Source of the DNA: an uncultured Chloroflexia bacterium
GTDB taxonomy: Bacteria > Chloroflexota > Anaerolineae > CG2-30-64-16
NCBI GenBank assembly: GCA_963808455.1
Contig: CAWEHT010000155.1
Coordinates: forward strand, 1 to 57,521
Direction: 5' to 3'
Length of the DNA stretch: 57,521 nucleotides
The translations under genes were made by a program, and so were the position numbers. Below, in pieces: positions 44,502 to 53,426 of the stretch. Positions within the stretch are counted from its first letter, which is position 1, and the number at the start of each line of letters is the position of its first letter. Below the pieces are notes generated by a model that worked only from the letters and a program-made list of their open reading frames with translations, ran no database searches and was not told the origin of the DNA.

Positions 44502-46042
44502 GGGCCTCCTCCTTCGTCACGCCTGCCATCAGGAGCCCCAGCTCCTCGCGCGTCGCCGTTGGGGCATCCAGGGTCGCGAGGATGTGCCCTTTGTACATGA
44601 CGGCGATCCGGTCGGCAAGGCTCATGATCTCGTCCAGCTCGGCGCTGATGAGCAACACGGCCGCGCCGGTGTCGCGCGCGGCCACGATGCGGCTGTGGAT
44701 GAACTCGATGCTGCCGACGTCCAGGCCGACGCGTCGGCTGGCTGGCGATCAGCAGACGCACCGGGCGCGACAGCTCGCGGGCCACGATCACCTTTTGCTG
44801 GTTGCCCCCGGAGAGCGAGCCGGCGCTCGTCATGATGCTGGGGGTCCGGATGTCAAAAGTGCGCACCAGCTCGGCCGCGTGGCTCTCGATGGCCGCGTAG
44901 TCCAGCTCGACCCTGCCCGAGAAGGGCGGCTGATAATAGTTGCACAGCACCAGGTTGTCCCGGACGGGGAAAGGCAGGACCAGGCCGTGTTTCTGCCGGT
45001 CTTCGGGTACGTGCGAGGTCCCTGCCTGGGTGACGGCGCGGGGCGTCGCGTGCGTCGTATCCTGCCCCAGGATCGTCACCCGTCCTGATGCCACTTTGCG
45101 CAGCCCGGTCAGCGCCTCGGCCAGCTCGGTCTGGCCGTTGCCCTGGACACCTGCCAGGCCGAGGATCTCGCCCGCCCTGACCTCGAACGAAACGCCATCC
45201 AGCACCATGTGCTGGCGATCGTCCAGGGCCCGGAGGTCTTCCACCCGCAGCCGGACTTCGCCCGGCCGCGCCTCTGACTTGTCGATCTGCAAGATGACCT
45301 TGCGCCCGACCATCAACTCGGCCAGCAAGTCGGTCGTGGCCTCGCCGGGCTGGAGCGTGCCCATCATCTCGCCGCCGCGCATCACGCTGATGCGGTCCGC
45401 CACCTCGAACACTTCGCGCAGCTTGTGTGTGATGAAGACGAGCGATTTGCCCTGCCGCGCCATCGAGCGCATGATCACGAACAGCTCGTCCGCCTCCTGG
45501 GGCGTCAACACGGCGGTCGGCTCGTCCAGGATCAGGATGTCGGCGGCCCGATACAACGCCTTCACGATCTCCACACGCTGCTGCGCGCCGACGGGCAGGT
45601 CCTTGATGTAGGCGTCGGGGTCAACGTCGAGCCCATACTGGCTGCTCAGCTCGCGTATGCGCCGGGCAGCCGAGCGCCGGTCGAGCACTGCCAACCCGCC
45701 GAGCGGCCTGGTCACTGCTACCAACGATTCCTGCCCCAGCATGATGTTTTCGGTTACGGTCAGGGGCGGGATGAGCATGAAATGCTGGTGCACCATGCCG
45801 ATCCCGTGGGCGATAGCGTCGTGCGGGGTCTCGATCAGCACCGGGCTGCCGTTCACGCAGATCTCGCCGGCGTCGGGCTGGTACAGGCCGTACAGGATAT
45901 TCATGAGGGTCGATTTGCCAGCGCCATTCTCTCCCAGCAGCGCGTGGATCTCGCCCTTCATGAGGTCGAAGCTTACGTCATTGTTGGCCAGCACACCGGG
46001 GAAACGCTTGGTGACGTGGCTGGCTTGCAGAGCCAGTGTCAT
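44494..46042 (-). CDS. Nucleoside ABC transporter ATP-binding protein with tandem NBDs (apparent frameshift near 44730)
   Basis: [35 protein letters not shown]. Confidence 0.93.
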
Positions 46043-46171
46043 GGATGTACTCCACGAATGGTTGGAAGGCTTCCCCCTGCGGGGTCTTCGTGGCCGAACT
46101 TGCGCTCCCGCACTACAAATAAGGGTGCTGTACCGCCGGCACAGCACCCTTCCCTGGCGAGCCCCGATAGA

Positions 46172-47260
46172 TCAGGGCTTGTAGCCGGTGGTGATCGAGC
46201 CGTCCTTCAGCCCGGCGGTGGCCGCCGTGACCTTGTCCTTTACGCTCTGCGGGACCTTGCTGTCCCAGTCGTGGTACGGCGCCAAGCCCACGCCGCCGTT
46301 CTGGATGTTGGCCGTGAGGACGCCGGCCTTGTCCTGGCCAGTCTTGACCAGTTTCAGGTAGTTCTCGACGGCTGCATCGACGTTCTTCATGGCGCTGGTA
46401 ACCAGGGCGCCCTTGACTTCCGGATAGGTCAGGTACTGGTCGACGTCCACGCCGATAGCCGTGAGGCCCTTGTCATTGGCGGCCTTCAGGCCGCCGTTTC
46501 CGGTGTTCCCACCGGCGCCAAAGACCACATCGCAGCCCTGGCCGATCATGGACAGGCCGGCTTCGCCGCCCTGGGCCGGATCGGTGAACGACGGCACATA
46601 GACGTGCAGGGTCTGGGCCTTCGGGTTCATCCACTTGGCGCCGCTCTCATAGCCGGTCACGTACCTTACGACGGGCGGGATTTCCATGCCCGCGACGGTG
46701 CAGACCGTGCCCGACTTGCTAATGCCGGCCGCGACCACGCCGGCCAGGAAGCCCACCTGGTCTTCCTGGAACATCAGGCTGGTGACGTTGGTAAGGCCGC
46801 CATCGCTGTAGCAGTCCTTCTTGGTCTCGTCGCAAGGCTTGGCGCCCTTGGTGGGGCTGTAGGAGTTGTCGATGATGGCGAACTTGATCTTGGGGTACTG
46901 CTGAGACTTGGCTGCGGTGGCGTCGGCCATCAGGAAGCCCACCGTGATGATGACGTCATAGTTCTCGCTGGCGAACTCGTCGATGTTCTTCTCGTAGTCT
47001 GTTGGCTGCTTCGACTCCACGAACTTGGCGTCGATGCCGCCCAGGTCTTGCACGGCTTTCTGCACGCCGGCCCACGCCGACTGGTTGAAGGATTTGTCGT
47101 TGACGCCACCCGTATCGGTGACGAGGCCGACTTTCAGGTTGGCTGTGGGGGTTGAACCGCCCGCTGCGGGGGCTGCGGGGGCAGCCGGTTGTGCACAAGC
47201 GGCCAACAGGGTAGCGAGGACGACCAGGACACTCAGGGCAACGATCGTGCGCCTACGCAT
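46172..47260 (-). CDS. BMP family ABC substrate-binding lipoprotein
   Basis: Lipobox LAAC; DTGGVNDKSFNQSAW.G, IGVDVDQ. Confidence 0.93.
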   Translation of the reverse strand: MRRRTIVALSVLVVLATLLAACAQPAAPAAPAAGGSTPTANLKVGLVTDTGGVNDKSFNQSAWAGVQKAVQDLGGIDAKFVESKQPTDYEKNIDEFASENYDVIITVGFLMADATAAKSQQYPKIKFAIIDNSYSPTKGAKPCDETKKDCYSDGGLTNVTSLMFQEDQVGFLAGVVAAGISKSGTVCTVAGMEIPPVVRYVTGYESGAKWMNPKAQTLHVYVPSFTDPAQGGEAGLSMIGQGCDVVFGAGGNTGNGGLKAANDKGLTAIGVDVDQYLTYPEVKGALVTSAMKNVDAAVENYLKLVKTGQDKAGVLTANIQNGGVGLAPYHDWDSKVPQSVKDKVTAATAGLKDGSITTGYKP

Positions 47261-47828
47261 GTTTGCTCCTCCATTCTGCTCCAGGGGACTTTATCCTTCC
47301 ACTGGGCACATTATAGCGCAAGCACCAGATGCAGCGCAACCCCTCGCGCGACGAAGCGCCGTGATGGATCGGCGGAAAAGGATGAGGCTTGGCAAGCGGT
47401 ATCCCGCGTGTTAGAATGGCCCTACCTTGTGGTTGCCGGGCGACGTGGGCAGGGCAGCCCGGCCGGCTTCGATGCCGAGGAACGGAGGTGGTCAATCCGG
47501 CCTGAGCCTGATGCATGGCCAATGCACGCGCAGCAAGCCCGTTTGTCCCGCGTCCGGGGGAGGACCTGGCTTGCTCCTCAGCCGCGCGCCTGACTTCCCT
47601 GTGATCTTCACGACCTATCGTTACCATCGTCTTCAAAGCAGCTGCAGCAGAGCGGTTATGGCAGGATGCCCGTGGCGTGCAGCCACTCCCGATCTTGGCC
47701 ATTGGACGTGCGGAGGCGCGGCCTAGCCGTCCAATCTGGGAGAACTGCCCGCCCGACCGAAAAGTTCTGTCTGCTGCGGCGCTGGGCGCCTTCGGGCACC
47801 CGCATGAGCAAGGAGCAAACTCACTGAG

Positions 47829-48938
47829 ATGGCCGGTGTCACCTATGAGCACGTCTACAAGCGTTTTGGCGAAGTGGTCGCCGTCAACGACCTCGATATC
47901 AAGATCGTGGATAAGGAATTCCTGGTCTTCGTCGGCCCTTCGGGCTGCGGCAAGACCACCAGCCTGCGCCTCCTGGCGGGCCTGGAAGAGATCAGCGATG
48001 GGCGGATCCTGATCGGCGACCGCATGGTGAACGATGTGGCGCCCAAGGATCGCGACATCGCCATGGTGTTCCAGAGTTACGCCCTGTACCCGCACATGAG
48101 CGTTTACGATAACATGGCCTTTGGGCTCAAGCTGCGCGGGACCCCCAAGGCCGAGGTGGACAAGCGCGTCAAGGAAGCTGCCGACATCCTGGGCATCGGC
48201 CAGCTGCTCGACCGCAAGCCGAAACAGCTTTCCGGCGGCCAGCGGCAGCGCGTGGCGGTCGGCCGCGCCATCGTCCGCGATCCGGCCGTCTTCCTCTTCG
48301 ATGAGCCGCTCTCCAATCTCGACGCCAAGCTGCGCGTGCAGACGCGCGCCGAGATCAGCAAGCTGCACCAGCGTCTGGGCACTACCTTCATCTATGTCAC
48401 GCACGACCAGGTCGAAGCCATGACCATGGCCAGTCGCATCGCCGTGATGAAAGACGGCCTGCTCCAGCAGATCGACACGCCGCAGAACCTGTACGATCAC
48501 CCGAGCAACGTGTTCGTGGCCGGCTTCATCGGCAGCCCTTCGATGAACTTCTTCGACGCGACGCTGGTGGACCAGGACGGCAAGCTGTTCGTGGATGGCG
48601 GCACGTTCAAGCTCCAGGTGCCGGAGAACAAGAAGGCCACCTATTTGCCGAGCAAGGGCAAGAAGGTCGTCTTCGGCATGCGGCCTGACGATGTGCACGC
48701 CGCCAACTACACCCCGCCCGGCATCACGCCGGCGCCGCTGGCTGCGCAGGTAGACGTCACCGAGCTGATGGGCAACGAGATCTTCCTCTATTTGCTGACC
48801 GGCAAGAAGCAGTTCGTGGCCCGCGTCGATCCGCGCACGCGCGTGCACAACGGCGAGACGATCGACCTGATCGTGAACATGGATAACATGCACCTCTTCG
48901 ATCCGATGACGGAGAAGACGCTCGACGCGCCGATGTAA
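47829..48938 (+). CDS. MsmX/MalK/UgpC-type sugar ABC transporter ATP-binding protein
   Basis: GPSGCGKTT, MVFQSYALYPHM, LSGGQRQR, DEPLSNLDAKLR, FIGSP, TOBE tail. Confidence 0.95.
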   Translation: MAGVTYEHVYKRFGEVVAVNDLDIKIVDKEFLVFVGPSGCGKTTSLRLLAGLEEISDGRILIGDRMVNDVAPKDRDIAMVFQSYALYPHMSVYDNMAFGLKLRGTPKAEVDKRVKEAADILGIGQLLDRKPKQLSGGQRQRVAVGRAIVRDPAVFLFDEPLSNLDAKLRVQTRAEISKLHQRLGTTFIYVTHDQVEAMTMASRIAVMKDGLLQQIDTPQNLYDHPSNVFVAGFIGSPSMNFFDATLVDQDGKLFVDGGTFKLQVPENKKATYLPSKGKKVVFGMRPDDVHAANYTPPGITPAPLAAQVDVTELMGNEIFLYLLTGKKQFVARVDPRTRVHNGETIDLIVNMDNMHLFDPMTEKTLDAPM

Positions 48939-48949
48939 GGCGCGGCGGC

Positions 48950-49500
48950 GGGCGCCTGGCTCAGCGCCTTTGGGGTTTCGCATCCCTTTCTTTGCTGGGG
49001 GCTCGGCCCCCCGTGGGCATGCTTCTTTCAGTCCCTTTGTTGGGGGCCGGCCTGGCCCCCAACACCCCCGGCCGGCGGGGCTGACGCCCCCCGGACCCCC
49101 CGCATGGCTCACGCCGGGCCGCACGCGGCGCCACCTATGATGGCGCTCGCCTGAGCCACGCGGGGGTATCAGTGTGGCCTCGTGCCCAAATAACCCCGCC
49201 GCGGCGCCGCGAGCTACGCGGGGGAATGCGGCGGACGCCTGGCCGCGCGCGTGCCTTGGGGGGTTTTCAAGGGGCACAGCCCCTTGAGCGGGGGTCCTGG
49301 GGGCCAGCCGGCCCCCAAGGGAAGGATTGGCGAAAGGCACGGGGGCCAGCCGGCCCCCAGGAGAAGAAATGTAAGAGACTCAGGGGCCAGGCGACCCCCG
49401 CCAAAGAAGAACGGTTACAAGTTGCGCCTGGGGGCCAGGCGGCCCCCACGAAATGAAGCTCAGCGACAGTGTAGGGGCGCAGGGCCAGGCGCCCCCGCGA
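48950..49500. repeat. Non-coding mosaic of GC-rich palindromes forming a large imperfect inverted repeat
   Basis: About seven copies of GGGGGCC-N4/5-GGCCCCC-like hairpins; left arm (~48985-49101) is the imperfect reverse complement of the right arm (~49258-49370). Confidence 0.7.
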
Positions 49501-49587
49501 AGGGGCCGGCGGCAGCGGCCGGGTGCGTGGCAGAATACCCCTGCCGCCCGCTCTCCGATGCGCGCCGGGGGCCCTGGTGCGCCTCCG

Positions 49588-50583
<996 letters not shown>

Positions 50584-50947
50584 GAAATATGCTCCATTCC
50601 TGTCAGCCTATGCCATCGTTGGCGCAAGGAGCCCCGGCAACACGCGGCCGGCGGCCCCCGGTTGGAACCTAATTTAAGAAAACGACTTCAGATAAATTAT
50701 AGTCCCCGGCAGGCCGTCTGGCAAGGGTTTCCCCTAAAGTTTCGCTGTGATGTGCTGCTGCGGTGCCGGTTGGTTACCTGCGGCGTCGAGGGCGATCCGG
50801 CGACCCGCGAAAGTTGGCAAAACGCCCAACTTGTGGCGCAATGGTGGTCTGTCAGGTAGCCGGCAGGGGGCTGCCTGGGCAGAACCGCCGCGTAACGAAA
50901 AACGCAGGACACGACGGGGCGGCACACGATGGTTGCGAGGGGGCGAA

Positions 50948-51325
50948 TTGCTTCGACCGATCACCTTAATCAAGTCTGCTCACACGCTCATTTTCATAAC
51001 GCTCAGCGTCGCCAACCTTGTCGTCTTCTATTCTGCGCTTGGTGGGCTCGTTACCCCGACCACATGGGTTGCCATGGCTCTGGTCATTGGCGAAGGAATC
51101 ATTCTCGTGCTCAACGGTTGGCGCTGTCCACTCACGACGTATGCCGAAAAGCTCGGCGCTGCCAGCGGACAGGTAACGGATATCTTCCTGCCGAAGTGGT
51201 TCGCAGACCGCATCTTCCCGATCTGCGGTGGCCTACTGGCGTTCTCTGTGCTCCTCTTCGCCATAAGATATCTCGCGAGCTGCCTGGGGCTACTCGCTCC
51301 CCTGCAGTTCACTTCCAGATTCTAA
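50948..51325 (+). CDS. Small membrane protein (DUF2784-like)
   Basis: IK..HT.I, NGWRCPLT..A, DIFLP.W; GAGGGG RBS before TTG. Confidence 0.75.
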   Translation: MLRPITLIKSAHTLIFITLSVANLVVFYSALGGLVTPTTWVAMALVIGEGIILVLNGWRCPLTTYAEKLGAASGQVTDIFLPKWFADRIFPICGGLLAFSVLLFAIRYLASCLGLLAPLQFTSRF

Positions 51326-51349
51326 TCGACGTGCGCAGCTGTCTCCCTA

Positions 51350-51496
51350 GTGCGGAAACAGGGAGCCCTTTCGGTAACGCAGAGACGGATTCTTCGCTGG
51401 CGGCTCGCCGCGACGTGGGTTGGCTCGCTTACCCGAGCTTTGCACTGCGGTCAGAATGACAGACGCCGTTACTGAAGATGTTCCCTGCACATGCGC
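51350..51496. mobile_element. MITE-like repeat, copy 3 (147 bp) with a perfect TA duplication
   Basis: C-TA|GTGCGGAAACAGGGA...TTCCCTGCACATGCGC|TA-G; same internal core as copies 1 and 2. Confidence 0.8.
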
Positions 51497-52128
51497 TAGC
51501 CAATGAGCGCAGCTGACCCGGAGCGCTCCTCCGAAGAGAGCGCATGCCCAATCCAACCGAGGCCGGCAGCGAAGACGACAAACGGGAGGGCGGCCAGCAG
51601 GTTGCTGATGCTGCCGCTCAAGGCAGATCCTAGCACCGTGAGGGCCCCGCCGGCGAGCAGGAGCACGCCTGCGGCCCGCGCAAAAGCTCCGGAGCGCATC
51701 ACGGCGAGGCCGAGCAGGAGGCCGCCCACGCCGAACAGGACGCTGGCCGCAAAGAAGAAGATGAAGAATGAAAGCGGTGGATTGGCGATGAGGCCGGGCG
51801 ACGCCTGGGCAAGCCAGGGGAAGATCAAGAGCTCGATGGCTGCGACACCCGTGAGCAAGAGGCCGCCCAGAAAGGCCAGCGCGAAGCCGGCGAGCCCCAG
51901 CCGGCCGGCGCTCGGCGACAGGCGTGCGGCGATGCCGGGGAGCCCCAGCAGGAGAAGCGCCTCGCCGATGAAGCTCAGCAGCGTGAGGGCCAGCCACACG
52001 GTGGACCTGTACTGCTGCGGATCATTGCCAGAGTAGAGCGCGGAGCTCGCCACGTTGCCGATGATGCCGAGCGCGGCCCCAAGCAAGAGGGCCAACCCGC
52101 TGGCGCGATAAAGGGTCGTCGAACGCAT
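51496..52128 (-). CDS. Hypothetical multi-pass membrane protein
   Basis: GGAGG RBS; about six hydrophobic helices; TAG stop coincides with the MITE end. Confidence 0.8.
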   Translation of the reverse strand: MRSTTLYRASGLALLLGAALGIIGNVASSALYSGNDPQQYRSTVWLALTLLSFIGEALLLLGLPGIAARLSPSAGRLGLAGFALAFLGGLLLTGVAAIELLIFPWLAQASPGLIANPPLSFFIFFFAASVLFGVGGLLLGLAVMRSGAFARAAGVLLLAGGALTVLGSALSGSISNLLAALPFVVFAAGLGWIGHALSSEERSGSAALIG

Positions 52129-52312
52129 GATATTCCTCCTTCTGGCAAGGTTCATTCCGCACGATTCCGACGTTACACATGGACGCACATTTGGCCCTGG
52201 GGATATGCCTTTGGCGGTGATGGTAGTCGCGTTGGTATTGGCGGGAGGGCAAATGCCCATGTGGCAACAGGGGTTTCTTATTCGAGCGCGTGCGGCGAAC
52301 GGCGTGGAGAAG

Positions 52313-53266
52313 TCAGGAGGAATGCGGCCGTACCGTGCCGCGCAGCGCCTGGAGGGTGACCAGCACCGTCCCCGCCAGGATAAGGCAGGCGGCGGCTGCC
52401 TGCGCCGGGCTCAGCCCCTGGCCATAAATCGCCGCGCCGACGCCCCACGAAACCACCGGAGCGAACGTCTCCACCAGCGAGGCATTGGCCACACTGGTAT
52501 GGGCCAGCCCGCGGTAGTAGAGCTGATAGCTGGCGACGGAGAGGGCGACCAGAACCAGCAGGGCGCCTAACGTGGCAGCCGAGGCCTGGCGCAAGTGGCT
52601 GCCCTCGAATAGCACCAGCGGGCAAAGCAGGAAGCCGGACAGCAGGTGCCGTCCGGCAGCCACGAGCCGGCCGTCAACCACCGGGCCGGCGGGCGCCTCG
52701 TGATCCATCAAGCTCTTGCTGATGACCGAGGCGGTGCCCCATCCCACGGAAGCCACCAGCATCAGCAAAATGCCCGCCGGCACGAGGCTCCCGTTGCCCG
52801 GTGTGACGCCGGCCATCATGTAGAGGCCTGCCACGGCGCAGGCCAGGCCCGCCACGTGGTAACCGGTCGGCCGCTCGTGCAGGAAGAGGGAGGCCAGGGC
52901 AATGGCCCAGACGGGATAGACATTGCCCACAAAATTGAGGACGGCTATGCTCACTGCCGAGCGCAAGGCATACACAAAGAGCAGATTGGGCAGCGCAAAC
53001 CCCAGGAGCGCCAGTGCCAGGAAGCCCACCGGCTGGCCGCGCAGCGCGGCCCAAAAGCGCCTTGGGCCGGCGAGCGCGGTCAGGATGGCGCCGGCGAGCA
53101 GCATGCGCAAAGTCACCAGCTCACCGGGCAGCAGTTGCTGCGCGGCAGCGGCGACGGCGAAGGGTATCACGCCCCAGAGAAACACGGCAGCCACGATGTT
53201 GCCGAACGCGGAAGCGGCGACCCGCCGCGGCTGCGATCCCAGGTCCACGGCCATACCCCCAAGCAT
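52313..53266 (-). CDS. DMT/EamA family transporter (start uncertain)
   Basis: Two EamA-like repeats, LFLHERP, Y.GL..TSVANAS, about 10 TMs. Confidence 0.85.
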   Translation of the reverse strand: MLGGMAVDLGSQPRRVAASAFGNIVAAVFLWGVIPFAVAAAAQQLLPGELVTLRMLLAGAILTALAGPRRFWAALRGQPVGFLALALLGFALPNLLFVYALRSAVSIAVLNFVGNVYPVWAIALASLFLHERPTGYHVAGLACAVAGLYMMAGVTPGNGSLVPAGILLMLVASVGWGTASVISKSLMDHEAPAGPVVDGRLVAAGRHLLSGFLLCPLVLFEGSHLRQASAATLGALLVLVALSVASYQLYYRGLAHTSVANASLVETFAPVVSWGVGAAIYGQGLSPAQAAAACLILAGTVLVTLQALRGTVRPHSS

Positions 53267-53426
53267 AGGTCCGGCGCGGGCCGAGGACAATGACGGATGT
53301 CAGGGGCGTGTCCCGGGTTCGGGGCAGGGCGCGCGCCGCGGCGAGCCTATCCGCGCATCCGGGGGTATCCGTGGCCGGCCCGGCCCCGGAACCGGCGCGC
53401 ACCCCGCGGCGAATGCCGGTTTCGCC

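Noticed and set aside
49170-49290. Faint resemblance to a dienelactone hydrolase C-terminus (…AADAWPR…)
   Set aside because: Too short, no sustained frame, and the region is better explained by the inverted-repeat structure
47253-49340. 695-aa minus-strand ORF, and other long antisense ORFs such as 17478..19088, 20904..22307, 42150..43511 and 45425..47155
   Set aside because: Shadow ORFs opposite well-supported genes; expected from high-GC codon bias and lacking recognisable motifs
49299-49497. CRISPR array
   Set aside because: Repeats are only ~18 bp and degenerate, spacing is irregular (42, 42, 47, 52 bp), inverted copies lie upstream, and no cas genes or leader are present. Reported as a palindromic repeat instead.
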